The notes: generated from the letters alone by a model not told the origin. A stretch of DNA of 64,000 nucleotides from Chloroflexota bacterium (GCA_027310565.1 DAIDAP010000011.1:28616-92615), one strand, 5' to 3'; counted from the stretch's first letter, positions 33,441 through 43,666 are shown. Program-made: numbers and translations.

Positions 33441-34656
33441 GGCGTCTGGTCCTCCTCGCCGCGACCGTCGCCCTCGGGCTCACGATCGCCGCGGCTCTCG
33501 TCGTGGCGCCCGACTACGAGACACGCGTCCTGAACGATCAGCTGCAGTACCTCTCGCTGGCGCGCGGTCTCGTCGAGCGAGGCGAGTTCACGAGAGCCCT
33601 CGCGGGCGAGCCCTTCATCCCCGAGACGAACCGGTTCCCCGGCTATCCGCTGCTCCTGGCGCCGCTCTGCGTCGGCGGCTGCAACCACCTCGCGATCGCC
33701 GTGGCGCAGGGCCTGCTCTTCGCGGCGCTGGTGCTCGCGTCGTTCGCCCTCGCGAGACGCGTGCTGCCGGAGCGGGCCGCGGGTCTGGCCGCACTGGCCG
33801 TCGCGCTGTACGTGCCGTTCGCGTACTACGGCGCGCTGGCGCTCTCGGATCTTCCCGGCGCCGCGCTGCTCGCGCTCGGAGTCGCGGCGTGGCTCCGCGC
33901 GCGCGATCGCGGGTCGCTCGCGTGGGCGTTCGCGGCGGGGGCGCTCCTCGGCTGGGCCGGCCTCGTGCGTGGCGCGCTCCTCGCATTCCCGCTCGCGCTC
34001 ACCGCGCTGGCGCTGCTGCGCGACCGTCGGGCCGCCGGCCTCGCCGCCGCCGCCCTCCTCGGCGCGGGCATCGTCGTCGCGCCCTACGTCGCGTACGCCG
34101 AAGCGAGCTTCGGCCGGCCGTTCGGCGCGAACAGCGGCACGGTGATGTGGATCGGCGTGACGCAGGGGCGTGCCGAGTCGTCCCTCGACGCGACGGAGCG
34201 CGCCGAGGTCGATGGCGCCCGCGCCGAGATCGCGGCGTTCGACGCGATGACCGATGAGCGGGCCCGCGCGCTGGCATGGCTGCGGCTCGACGACTCGCTG
34301 GGGCGCCGCGCGCGCGCGCTCATCGCGCACGACCCGGGGCGCTGGATCGGCTCGATGCTCCCGCGATCGATCGAGCTGTGGGCCGGTGACCGTCCGCTCG
34401 AGGCGAGCGTGAGCAGAGCGTCGCCATCGGCTCGCTGCAGATGGTGCTCGTCATCGTCGGTCTCGTCGGGACGGCCGTCATCGCGCGCCGTGGTGAGGCC
34501 GGCGCCGCGTTCGCGGCGGTCGTCGCCTACGTCTGGATCACGGCGCTGCCCTTCCAGGTGGAGGGGCGCTACTCGCTGCCCGCGAAGGCCTTCCTCATCA
34601 TCGGCGCGATTGCCGTGGTCGATCTCGTCGTGCGACGACGGCGCGGTGCTCGCTGA
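33437..34656 (+). pseudogene. ArnT/GT39-like GT-C glycosyltransferase with a 1-nt frameshift near 34399
   Basis: NDQLQY..LA, RFPGYP, LSD motifs. Hydrophobic C-terminus with EGRYSLP continues in another frame. Real lesion or assembly indel. Confidence 0.72.
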
Positions 34657-34670
34657 GTAGACTTCCGGTC

Positions 34671-36182
34671 GTGCCGGATGCCGCGGCGATCCGACGCATC
34701 GCCGCGCTCACGCTCTTGATCCTCGCCGTCCGCGTCGTCTCCGCCGCCGTCGTGTCGGGCCCCGGTTACACCGACGCGTACTACTACACCGCCGTCGCGG
34801 GGCGGCTCGCGCGCGGCGAGGGGCTCACCGCCGACTTCATCTGGTCGCCGCTCGAGGCCGGCTCGCTCGTCCTCCCGGTCGCGAGCCACCTCTTCTGGGT
34901 GCCGCTCTCGACGGTCCTCGGCGCGATCGGCATCGCACTCGCGGGCCCGCTCGTCGGCGACTTCCGCGCCGCGCAGGCGGCGATCATCGTGGTCGCCGCG
35001 CTGCTCCCGGCCACGGGGTACGCGGCGGCCCGCCGGCTCGGCGCGGGCGAGCCGCTCGCGCTCGCCGCGGCCGCGGCCGGCGGTCTCGGCGGCCTGTTCG
35101 CGCCCGGCCTCGTCGACCTGGACGCGTACGCGCCCGCCGCGGTCATCGGGACGCTGTTCTTCCTCGCCTACGGGCGCGCCGCGGCCGGCGACGTCCGCGC
35201 CGGCGCGCTCGCCGGCCTGCTCGTCGGCCTCCTCTATCTCGCGCGGAGCGAGGGCGCGCTCTTCGGCGTCGCGCTCCTCGCGCTGCTCGTCTCCCGACGC
35301 ACGCGCGTGGCCGGCGCCGCCGGGGCCGCCGCCGCGATCGCGATCGGCGGCGGGTGGCTCGCGCGCGACGTCGCCGCGGGAGCGCCGCCGGACCTGTTCG
35401 CGCGCGCGGTCCTCCTCGTGCGCTACGACCAGTTCTTCGCGGTCGCGTCGCCGACCCTCGCCGAGCTCGCCGCGTCGCTCGACCGCGTGCTCGCCGCGAG
35501 GGCCGGCGCGCTCGCCGCCAACGCCACGACCTTCGCGTTCACGTTCGCCCTGCTGCCGCTCGTCCCGCTCGCCGCCGGGCTGCGCGCGCTGTGGGCGCGC
35601 GCGGAGGTGCGCGCCTGGGCCGGCCTCGCCGTGCTGGTCTACCTCACGCAGTCGCTGGTGTGGACGCTGCACTCGACGCGCGGCTCGTACTTCCACTCGC
35701 TGGCCGCGTTCTTCCCCTTCGGCCTGGCGATCGCGGCCGTCGGCGCGCGCGAGCTGCTGGCCGCGCGCTCGCCGCGTGTGCTGCGCGCGTGGGCGTGGGG
35801 CGCCGTCGCGCTCGTCGGCGCGATCACGTTCGCGTCGGTCGCCCAGTGGGACGCGGTCTTCAACGGCGCGGCGCGCGTGCGCGCGGCGGCCGTCGACGCC
35901 ATCCCGCCGGGCCCGTTCCTCGCGATCGACGGCGCGGCGTGGCGCTGGATCAGCGGCCGCCCCGCCGTGGTGACGCCCTCCGACGGACTCGACGCCGCGT
36001 TCTGCTACGCGTCGGCGGTCGGCGCGCGGTCGGTCGTGCTCGAGGAGGCGCGCTTCGCCGCGTACGACGACCTGTACGCCGGCGTGACGAGGCCGGGCTG
36101 GCTCGGCGAGCCGATCGTGCGCGGCACGGTGAAGATCTTCCCGGTCACGCTGGCCCCGAACAGCGTGTGCACGCCGCGATGA
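34671..36182 (+). CDS. ArnT/GT39-like GT-C membrane glycosyltransferase
   Basis: YTDAYYY..VA..LA.G.G after TM1, FWVPL, LARSEG; many TM helices. Confidence 0.75.
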   Translation: MPDAAAIRRIAALTLLILAVRVVSAAVVSGPGYTDAYYYTAVAGRLARGEGLTADFIWSPLEAGSLVLPVASHLFWVPLSTVLGAIGIALAGPLVGDFRAAQAAIIVVAALLPATGYAAARRLGAGEPLALAAAAAGGLGGLFAPGLVDLDAYAPAAVIGTLFFLAYGRAAAGDVRAGALAGLLVGLLYLARSEGALFGVALLALLVSRRTRVAGAAGAAAAIAIGGGWLARDVAAGAPPDLFARAVLLVRYDQFFAVASPTLAELAASLDRVLAARAGALAANATTFAFTFALLPLVPLAAGLRALWARAEVRAWAGLAVLVYLTQSLVWTLHSTRGSYFHSLAAFFPFGLAIAAVGARELLAARSPRVLRAWAWGAVALVGAITFASVAQWDAVFNGAARVRAAAVDAIPPGPFLAIDGAAWRWISGRPAVVTPSDGLDAAFCYASAVGARSVVLEEARFAAYDDLYAGVTRPGWLGEPIVRGTVKIFPVTLAPNSVCTPR

Positions 36183-37543
36183 GCGCCCGCGCGCTCGCGC
36201 CGTGGCTCGTCGCGCTCGGCGCGTTCGCGCTCGCCGCCGGCCCCGCGCCCGCGGACCCCGACATGTACTGGCACCTCGCGTCGGGCAGGTGGATGGTCGA
36301 GAACGGCGAGCTGCTGCGCCGCGACGTGTTCTCGACGACGATCGCGGGACAGCCGTACAGCGTCGGCGAGTGGCTCGGCCAGATCGTCCTCTACGCGGCG
36401 TACGCGCTCGGCGGGTGGCCGGGCATCGTGCTGCTGCGGGGGCTGCTCGTCGCGACGGCCGCCCTCTTCCTCACGCGCGCCGCGCTGCGTGGCGGCGCGC
36501 GTCCGGTCGTCGCACTGCCCCTCGTGGTCGTCGCGCTGCTGCTCTCGGAGATCGGGTGGACCGACCGCCCGCAGCTCTTCACGCTGGCGCTCTTCCCGCT
36601 CCTCCTCGACCTGCTGCTCGCGGCGCGCGAGGGGCGCGTCCGCCGGCTGCTTCTGGTCCCGCCGCTGCTGCTGGCCTGGACCAACCTGCACGGCGGCTAC
36701 GTGCTCGGCCTGGCGCTCGTCGCGATCTTCGCGCTCGACGCGCTGCTGCGCCGCGCGCACGCGCGCGCGTTCGCCGCCGCCGCGGCGCTCGCGGCCGTCG
36801 CGACGCTCCTCGACGCCGGGTCGCTCGGCCTCACGGCGGCCCTCACGCACGCGGCGTCGCCGCCGCGCTTCATCGTCGAGGAGTCGCCGCCCGACGTGCT
36901 CACGCCGGCGGGCTTCGTCTTCGCGCTGTTCGTCCTCGCGACGCTCTCCGTCGCGCTGCGCGCGGGCGGGACGCTCTTCGACGCGCTGCTGCTCGTCCCG
37001 CTCCTGCTCCTCGCGCTCTCCGCGCAGCGCCAGATGCCGTGGTTCGTCTTCGCGTCGGTGCCGTACCTCGCCCGTCGCCTGCCGGCCGCGGTGCCGGCGC
37101 TCGAGCGGGCGGCCACGCGGCTCGCTCCGCCGCGCGCCGTGCTGGCCGGCGTCTCGACCGGCATCGCCGCGATGGTGCTCGTCGCGCTGCTCGCGCTGCC
37201 CGCCGCGCCCGACGAGCGGGCCTACCCGGCGGGCGCGCTCGGACCGCTCGCCGCGACGAGCGGCGCGCTGCTGAACGAGTACGACTGGGGCGGCTATCTC
37301 ATCTGGAACGCGCCCGAGCGGCCGGTGTTCATCGACGGCCGGCTGTTCCCGTACCTGCCGGGCGTCTTCGCGGACTTCCAGCGCGCTGTCACGCTGGGGC
37401 CCGGCTATCGCGCGGTGCTCGACGGCCGGGACATCGGGGCCGTGCTGCTCCGTCCGGACCGGCCCCTCGCCGGCGCGCTGCGCGAGGACGGCTGGCGGGC
37501 CGTCGCGAGCGGCGAGCGCTGGGTGCTCCTGGCGCGCCCGTGA
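36179..37543 (+). CDS. GT-C-like membrane protein (DPDxxWH family)
   Basis: DPDMYWHLASG, EWLGQ, RPQLF, WTNLHGG, YDWGGYLIW, VFIDGR. Confidence 0.75.
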   Translation: MSARALAPWLVALGAFALAAGPAPADPDMYWHLASGRWMVENGELLRRDVFSTTIAGQPYSVGEWLGQIVLYAAYALGGWPGIVLLRGLLVATAALFLTRAALRGGARPVVALPLVVVALLLSEIGWTDRPQLFTLALFPLLLDLLLAAREGRVRRLLLVPPLLLAWTNLHGGYVLGLALVAIFALDALLRRAHARAFAAAAALAAVATLLDAGSLGLTAALTHAASPPRFIVEESPPDVLTPAGFVFALFVLATLSVALRAGGTLFDALLLVPLLLLALSAQRQMPWFVFASVPYLARRLPAAVPALERAATRLAPPRAVLAGVSTGIAAMVLVALLALPAAPDERAYPAGALGPLAATSGALLNEYDWGGYLIWNAPERPVFIDGRLFPYLPGVFADFQRAVTLGPGYRAVLDGRDIGAVLLRPDRPLAGALREDGWRAVASGERWVLLARP

Positions 37544-38961
37544 GCCGCGCCCGTCCCGGGATCGCCTGGCGCATCGCGCTGCTCGTCGGCGCGGCCGCCG
37601 GTCTGGGCGCCGCGACGATCCCGGTGAGCGACCCCGACCTCTTCTGGCACCTCGCGACGGCGCGCGAGACGCTCGCACGGGGTCTCGTGACGACGGACCT
37701 CTTCTCCTGGAGCGTCCGCGGCGCTCCCGTCTCGATCGATCAGTGGCTCGGGCAGCTCGTGCTCTACGCGGCGTACGTCGCGGACGGGTGGCGCGGCGTC
37801 GTCGTCCTGCGCGTGCTCGAGGTCACCGCGCTGGTCGCGCTCGTCGTCGCCAACGCGTCGCTCGTCACGCGCCGCCCGCTCGCCGCGGTGCTCGCGGCGG
37901 TGCCGGCGATCGTCCTCACGCGCGCGGTCACGGTCGACCGCCCGGAGCTCCTCGGCCTCGTCCTCTTCGCCGGGCTGCTCGTGCTGCTGCGGCGGGGCCG
38001 CGACGGCAGCACCGCGGCGCTCGCCGGCGCGGTCGCGCTCGTCGCGGTCTGGGCGAACGTGCACGGGTCGTTCGCGCTCGGCGCCGTGCTGACGGTGCTC
38101 GTCTGCGCCGAGGGCGCCCTGCGCGGCGCCGCGCGCCGCCGCGTCTACGCCGCGACGGCCCTCGCCGCGGTCGCCGCGACCCTCGCGACGCCGGCGGGCG
38201 TCACCACGTGGACCGCGCCGGGGATCCACCTCCTGTCGCCGCCCCGCGGGATCCAGGAGTGGGCGACGATCGACGTGAGCACCCCGCTCGGCGCCGCGTA
38301 CGCGGCGACGCTGGCGCTCGTCCTCGCGGCCGCCCTGCGCGGGCCGCGCGTGGAGTGGCGCGAGCTCGTCGTCCTCGTCCCCGTCGCGTTCCTCTCGCTC
38401 ACCGCCGCTCGCCAGGCGCCGCTCCTCGCCATCGCCGCGGCGCCGCTCTTCGGCGAGCGGGCGGCGTGGGCGATCGGGATGGCGCGGGCCCGGCTGGGTC
38501 GGCCCGAGACCGCCGCGGGACCCGACCGCGCGACCGGGAGCTCGGATCGCGCCGTCGCGCTCAGGTCGTTCGGCCTCCTGCCGCCGATCGCGCTCATCGC
38601 CCTCGCGATCGCGGTCACGCCCGCCTCGCTCGACGAGCGCGCGTACCCGGTGGGGGCGCTCGCGGCGCTCCCGCGGGGCGACGGCGTGCTCGCGCGGTAC
38701 GAGTGGGGCGGGTGGCTCATCTGGCGCGCGCCGGCGACGCCGGTGTTCGTCGACGGCCGGCTGACGCCCTACCTCGGCGGCGTGCTCGACGACTACCGCA
38801 CCGTGGTCGACGCGAAGCCCGGCTGGCGCGAGGTGATCGAGCGCCGCGGCGTGCGGGCCCTCCTCGTCGCGCCGGGCGACCCCGTCGCCGTCCGCGCGCG
38901 CGAGATCGGCTGGCCGGTGGCGGTCGTGTCCGCGACCTTCGTCCTCATCGTCGTCCCGTGA
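37540..38961 (+). CDS. GT-C-like membrane protein, paralog of preceding gene
   Basis: DPDLFWHLATA, QWLGQ, RPELL, WANVHGS, YEWGGWLIW, VFVDGR. Confidence 0.75.
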   Translation: MSRARPGIAWRIALLVGAAAGLGAATIPVSDPDLFWHLATARETLARGLVTTDLFSWSVRGAPVSIDQWLGQLVLYAAYVADGWRGVVVLRVLEVTALVALVVANASLVTRRPLAAVLAAVPAIVLTRAVTVDRPELLGLVLFAGLLVLLRRGRDGSTAALAGAVALVAVWANVHGSFALGAVLTVLVCAEGALRGAARRRVYAATALAAVAATLATPAGVTTWTAPGIHLLSPPRGIQEWATIDVSTPLGAAYAATLALVLAAALRGPRVEWRELVVLVPVAFLSLTAARQAPLLAIAAAPLFGERAAWAIGMARARLGRPETAAGPDRATGSSDRAVALRSFGLLPPIALIALAIAVTPASLDERAYPVGALAALPRGDGVLARYEWGGWLIWRAPATPVFVDGRLTPYLGGVLDDYRTVVDAKPGWREVIERRGVRALLVAPGDPVAVRAREIGWPVAVVSATFVLIVVP

Positions 38962-39039
38962 GCGCGCGCTTCCTACTACATCCGGACGCAGACCGCTTCC
39001 TATACTTCGCGCACGAACGATCACCCGGCACCGCGTCTG

Positions 39040-40029
39040 GTGAAGGATGGCGACGACCTCGACGCGCAGTTCGAGGCCATCGTCGACGGCCTGCGGCGCG
39101 ACATCCGCCGCGTGCGCCAGCAGGTCGAGAAGTTCGGCCGCGCGTACCAGCGGACCGCGGAGTCGCAGTCGCGGCGCTCGCTGGACGGCAAGCCCGACCC
39201 CGCCACGCAGGTCGCGTACCGCCGGCTGAAGCAGCTCCAGCTCGTGGCGCAGCACATCGAGTCCAGCGCCGCCTACCTCCTCGGGTCCGGGATCGAGCCC
39301 GGCCAGAAGGGGCAGGAGGAGTCGCTCGACGTGGCGCAGCGTCTCCTCGACAGCCTCGAGGCCGAGCGCGAGCGCCTCTACCGCGACGTCCACGACGGAC
39401 CCGCGCAGGTGCTGGCCAACGCGATCTTCGAGGTCGAGTACCTCGAGCGGGTCGCCGAGCGGGCGCCGGCCGAGATCCGGCAGACCCTGCGCACGGAGCT
39501 GGGCAGCCTCAAGGGCCAGCTCCGCGCCTCCCTCGACTCGGTGCGCGCGATGATCTACGACCTGCGCCCGCCCGAGCTCTCCGAGCTCGCGCTCGCGGAG
39601 GCGATGGGGAACTACGTCGGCGAATGGGAAGCCCGCTGCGGCATCAAGGTGCTGCCGACGCTCGACACGACGGCCACCGGTCTCTCGCCGCAGCAGGAGC
39701 TCGCGGTGTACCGCGTCATGCAGGAGGCGCTCCAGAACGTGCACAAGCACGCGAACGCGACGAGCGTCGGCGTGGTCTGGCAGCGCTCGTCCGCGTCGTG
39801 GGTGCTGCACGTCACCGACGACGGGATCGGCTTCGACCTGGTGAAGGCCGCGCGTCGCGCCAAGAGCGTCGGTCTGCTCTCGATGCGCGAGCGCGCCGAG
39901 CTCATCGGCGGCACCCTCCAGATCCAATCGACCCCCGGCAACGGCACCGCGGTTACACTGCTCCTCCCGGCGAAGGGCGCCGGACCGGTGCCCGGCGAAA
40001 GAGGAAGGGTCCTTGGCCGACAAGACTGA
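39040..40029 (+). CDS. Cytoplasmic DegS-like histidine kinase (HisKA_3)
   Basis: DVHDGPAQ H-box, QEALQNVHKHA N-box, DDGIGFD, GLLSMRERA; coiled-coil N-terminus, no TM. Confidence 0.92.
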   Translation: MKDGDDLDAQFEAIVDGLRRDIRRVRQQVEKFGRAYQRTAESQSRRSLDGKPDPATQVAYRRLKQLQLVAQHIESSAAYLLGSGIEPGQKGQEESLDVAQRLLDSLEAERERLYRDVHDGPAQVLANAIFEVEYLERVAERAPAEIRQTLRTELGSLKGQLRASLDSVRAMIYDLRPPELSELALAEAMGNYVGEWEARCGIKVLPTLDTTATGLSPQQELAVYRVMQEALQNVHKHANATSVGVVWQRSSASWVLHVTDDGIGFDLVKAARRAKSVGLLSMRERAELIGGTLQIQSTPGNGTAVTLLLPAKGAGPVPGERGRVLGRQD

Positions 40030-40717
40030 ACGCGGCATCCGCGTGGTCCTCGCGGACTCCAGCCGGCTCACCGCCATGGGCATCGGGCAGGTCCTCGAGC
40101 GGGAGCCGGACGTCGAGCTCGTCGCGACCGCGAGCGACGGCGAGGAGGCGGTCACCAAGACGCTCGAGCTCGAGCCGGACGTCCTGGTGATCGAGGCGGA
40201 CCTCGCGCGGATCAACGGGATCAAGGTGACCCAGCGCGTGCGCCGCGAGCTGCCGCACGTCGGTGTCGTCGTCCTCACCGCCAAGGACGAGGAGCAGACG
40301 CTCTTCGAGGCGATCCGTGCCGGCGCCGCGGCCTACCTCAACAAGGACTGCGAGCCGGCCGAGCTCGTCGACGCCATCCGCAAGGCGCGCGCGGGCCAGT
40401 TCATCATCAACGAGAAGGTCTTCAGCCGGCCCGCCGTCGCCTCGAAGGTGCTCGCGGAGTTCCGCGAGCTCTCGGTGTACGGGCCCGGCTCGTCGAAGGT
40501 ATTCGCGCCGCTGTCGCCGCGCGAGGTGCAGATCCTGGACAACATCGCCCAGGGAATGACCAACAAGGAGGTCGCCTACGCGCTCGCGATCTCCGAGCAG
40601 ACGGTGAAGAATCACATGTCGAGCATCCTCCGGAAGCTGTCGGTGAACGACCGCACGCAAGCGGTCGTGTACGCGATCCGTCAGGGCTGGATCAAGGGAC
40701 CGGAGATGGGGAATTGA
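40013..40717 (+). CDS. NarL/DegU-family response regulator with atypical receiver
   Basis: LuxR HTH (LSPREVQIL...TNKEVA...TVKNHMSSILRKL). Receiver has ADSS and DVLVIEADL. Confidence 0.92.
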   Translation: MADKTERGIRVVLADSSRLTAMGIGQVLEREPDVELVATASDGEEAVTKTLELEPDVLVIEADLARINGIKVTQRVRRELPHVGVVVLTAKDEEQTLFEAIRAGAAAYLNKDCEPAELVDAIRKARAGQFIINEKVFSRPAVASKVLAEFRELSVYGPGSSKVFAPLSPREVQILDNIAQGMTNKEVAYALAISEQTVKNHMSSILRKLSVNDRTQAVVYAIRQGWIKGPEMGN

Positions 40718-41754
40718 GCGTGGAGGTCGCGCCGGACATCGCGGCCGAGCTCGCGACCGAGCAGCAGCGGATCGTCGCCGAGATCCGCGAGCTCGATCTG
40801 CTCATCGAGTCGACGCAGACCGAGGTGAACCGCCTCAAGGCGCGCGAGGACCAGACCAAGGCGCGCGTCGAGGAGGTCCGCGGCAACCCCGGCGGCTTCC
40901 AGCGCGAGGAGATCTTCGGCGCGACCGACGAGCACGCGTCGGCCATCGGCCGCCGCATGACGATGGAGGGGCAGCTCGCGGCGCTGCAGGGCAAGCGCAA
41001 GCTGCTCGACCGCGTGCAGCGTCTCGTCGCCGGCGCGCAGCAGCACGTGCGCGACAGCGCGAGCGCCGCGCCGCTCCCGGCCGACGCGTCGCCGGTCATC
41101 GACGAGGGCAGGCTGCTCCAGGCGGTCGTCGACACGCAGGAGGCCGAGCGCAAGCGCATCGCGCGCCAGGTCCACGACGGCCCGGCGCAGGCCATGGCGA
41201 ACGTCGTGCTGCAATCGGAGATCAGCGAGCGCCTCTTCGACGTCGATCCGCAGCGCTCCCGCACCGAGCTCGCCTCGCTGCGCACCATGGTGAACAAGAC
41301 GCTGCAGGAGCTGCGCGGGTTCATCTTCGAGCTGCGCCCGATGATCCTCGACGACCTCGGCCTCGTGCCGACGATGCGCCGCTACGTGCAGACGCTCATC
41401 GACAAGCACGGCGTCCGCATCGATTTCTCGAGCACCGGGCGCGACCGGCGGCTCCCGTCGGACGACGAGGTCGCGATCTTCCGGCTCATCCAGGACTCGC
41501 TCGTCGAGAGGATCGAGAAGGCCGCCGCGAAGAGCCTCGTCCTCGGCATGGCCTGGCGGGACGAGCAGCTCGAGATCCTGCTCCAGACGGACGGCAAGGA
41601 CCTGCCGCCCGACGGCGAGCTGCAGTCCGGCCTGCGCCGCAGCGAGCGCCTGGAGCTGCTCCACGGCGAGTCGACGCACGAGACGCGCGCCGACGGGACG
41701 GTCGTGCTGAACGTGAAGGTGCCCATCCGGGCCGCACCGCAGATCATCACGTGA
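40714..41754 (+). CDS. DegS-like histidine kinase homolog with degenerate ATPase domain
   Basis: QVHDGPAQ and LRPMILDDLGL intact; N, G1 and G2 boxes eroded. Confidence 0.85.
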   Translation: MSVEVAPDIAAELATEQQRIVAEIRELDLLIESTQTEVNRLKAREDQTKARVEEVRGNPGGFQREEIFGATDEHASAIGRRMTMEGQLAALQGKRKLLDRVQRLVAGAQQHVRDSASAAPLPADASPVIDEGRLLQAVVDTQEAERKRIARQVHDGPAQAMANVVLQSEISERLFDVDPQRSRTELASLRTMVNKTLQELRGFIFELRPMILDDLGLVPTMRRYVQTLIDKHGVRIDFSSTGRDRRLPSDDEVAIFRLIQDSLVERIEKAAAKSLVLGMAWRDEQLEILLQTDGKDLPPDGELQSGLRRSERLELLHGESTHETRADGTVVLNVKVPIRAAPQIIT

Positions 41755-41760
41755 CGAGCG

Positions 41761-41782
41761 GCCCGCTCGACACCGAGCGGGT
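41761..41782. terminator. Hairpin downstream of kinase triad
   Basis: GCCCGCTCG-ACAC-CGAGCGGGT. Confidence 0.4.
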
Positions 41783-41821
41783 CGCCGGGAACCGCTCGAC
41801 CGGCGCCGCGTTGTAGCGTGT

Positions 41822-42277
41822 ATGCGCGCCGTCGCCCTGGCCGCCATGCTCCTCGCGCTCCCGCTCGCCGGCTGCGGTACGCCGCCGGACCTCACCGTGT
41901 CGGTCGCGGACAGGCCCGTCCCGACGGTCCTCCTGTCGACGTCGAAGACCACCTGCTGCTGGCAGAGCGTGGTCGGCGACGCCTTCCCGCGGGAGAAGCC
42001 GCTCACGACCGTCCGGGCCCCGACGCCGGTGACGCTCCGGATCGACGCCGCGCCGGACGCGACGGAGATCCGCGGCTCGGTGTACGAGGTCGACCGGCCG
42101 ACGCCGTCGGGCGGCCCGCCCGAGCAGTTCACGCTTCCGGGCAGGTCCGTCGCGTACGTCGCGAGAGCGATCGTCGCCGGCGGGACGTACGAGGTCGTCG
42201 TGAACGCCAGGTGGGGCGGCCTGCTCGTACGCGGCGAGGTGACGCGCGCGTTCCGCCTGCGCGTCGAGCCCCCCTGA
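41822..42277 (+). CDS. Hypothetical lipoprotein
   Basis: Lipobox LAGC; beta-rich mature domain. Confidence 0.72.
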   Translation: MRAVALAAMLLALPLAGCGTPPDLTVSVADRPVPTVLLSTSKTTCCWQSVVGDAFPREKPLTTVRAPTPVTLRIDAAPDATEIRGSVYEVDRPTPSGGPPEQFTLPGRSVAYVARAIVAGGTYEVVVNARWGGLLVRGEVTRAFRLRVEPP

Positions 42278-42289
42278 CGGGGCCGCGCG

Positions 42290-43666
42290 CTACGTCCGCC
42301 CGGCGAGCCGCTCGCCGACCTCGCGCCCGAGCTTCGCGCTGTAGTTCGTGCCGCGGTCCTCGGGGTAGATCTGCGTCGTGTTCGCCACGTACAGCCCGTC
42401 GATCGGCGTCGCGAGCGGCAGCATCCGCCGGCGGTTGCCGATGCGCGGGACGGGCTGGGCGGCGTCCTCGCGGAACGACCACGCGCGCAGCACCGCGCGC
42501 TCGTCGAAGCGCGCGTTCACGCGCCGCAGCGCCGGGGCGTAGTGCCGCAGCAGCTCGTCGGTGCCCATGCGCGCGAGCGGGTCGTCGCGCGCGACGTAGT
42601 TCGACACGTAGAGGTAGCGCGCCGGGTAGCGCTCGGCCGGCACGAGGTTGGTGTGCTCGATGAGGCCGAGGAACGGCATGTCGCGGTCGACGACGTTCGT
42701 CCAGTACGTGCCGCTGAACCGGTCGCGCAGCTCGAGCAGCAGCACGACGGCGGTTCGGTAGGTCCACGCGTCGAGCCGCGCGGCGTACGCGTCGCCCCAG
42801 GCCGCGAGGCGCCGCGCGACGTGCGTCGGCGTGGTGAGCAGCACCGCGTCGGCGCGCGCGGTCCGCTCGCCGTCGGCCGGCGCGGTCCCCGCGGGCAGGC
42901 GGTACGCGCCGGGCGCGGCCGCGCGCAGCGCGAACCCCTCGCCGTCGCGGTCGACCCGCACCACCTCGCGATCGAGGTGCACCCGCCCTCCGTGACGGCG
43001 GATGTCGTCGGCGAGCGCGACGCAGATCGCGCGGAACGACGAGCGCGGGTACCCGAGGCGCTCCTTCGCCGCGCCGCCGCCGGAGAGCTTCTGCCGCCGG
43101 AGCGCGAGCTTGGACCAGAGCCACGCGAGCGGGATGGCCGGCGCGTCGTCGCCGAACTTGCCGAGCATGAGCGGCCGCCACACCTTCTCGAGCGCGCGCT
43201 CGCCGCACGCGCGGCGCAGCCAGTCGAGCGCGGAGACCTCGTCCATCCGCTCCCAGTCGGTGCGCCGCGCCAGGCGCAGGACGGCGAGGCCGAGGCGCAC
43301 GCGGTCGGCGGGCGCGAGCGGGCCGTAGCGGATGAGGTCGAGCGGCGACACGAACGGCCAGATCCGGCCGTCGGCGTACATGCCGACCGTCGAGCGATGC
43401 CATTCGAGCTCTCCCGGCAGGAGCTCGTCGTGGAGCGCCGTCATCTCGCGGTCGCTCTGGAACAGGTGGTGGTAGTAGCGGTCGATCCAGACGCCGTTCC
43501 CCAGGTCGAACGCGCTCGCCATGCCCGCGACGTCCGGCCAGCGCTCGTACAGGTCGACCGCGACGCCCCGCCGCGCGAGCGCGCGGCCCGCGGCGAGGCC
43601 GAGCACGCCCGCGCCGACGATCGCGACCCGCCGCGTCCCCCTCGCCCCGGCCGCTTCGATGCTCAT
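42290..43666 (-). CDS. FAD-dependent oxidoreductase (protoporphyrinogen oxidase-like family)
   Basis: ATG 43666; VAIVGAGVLGL Rossmann motif, DRYYHHLF, QIYPEDRGTNYS. Confidence 0.88.
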   Translation of the reverse strand: MSIEAAGARGTRRVAIVGAGVLGLAAGRALARRGVAVDLYERWPDVAGMASAFDLGNGVWIDRYYHHLFQSDREMTALHDELLPGELEWHRSTVGMYADGRIWPFVSPLDLIRYGPLAPADRVRLGLAVLRLARRTDWERMDEVSALDWLRRACGERALEKVWRPLMLGKFGDDAPAIPLAWLWSKLALRRQKLSGGGAAKERLGYPRSSFRAICVALADDIRRHGGRVHLDREVVRVDRDGEGFALRAAAPGAYRLPAGTAPADGERTARADAVLLTTPTHVARRLAAWGDAYAARLDAWTYRTAVVLLLELRDRFSGTYWTNVVDRDMPFLGLIEHTNLVPAERYPARYLYVSNYVARDDPLARMGTDELLRHYAPALRRVNARFDERAVLRAWSFREDAAQPVPRIGNRRRMLPLATPIDGLYVANTTQIYPEDRGTNYSAKLGREVGERLAGRT

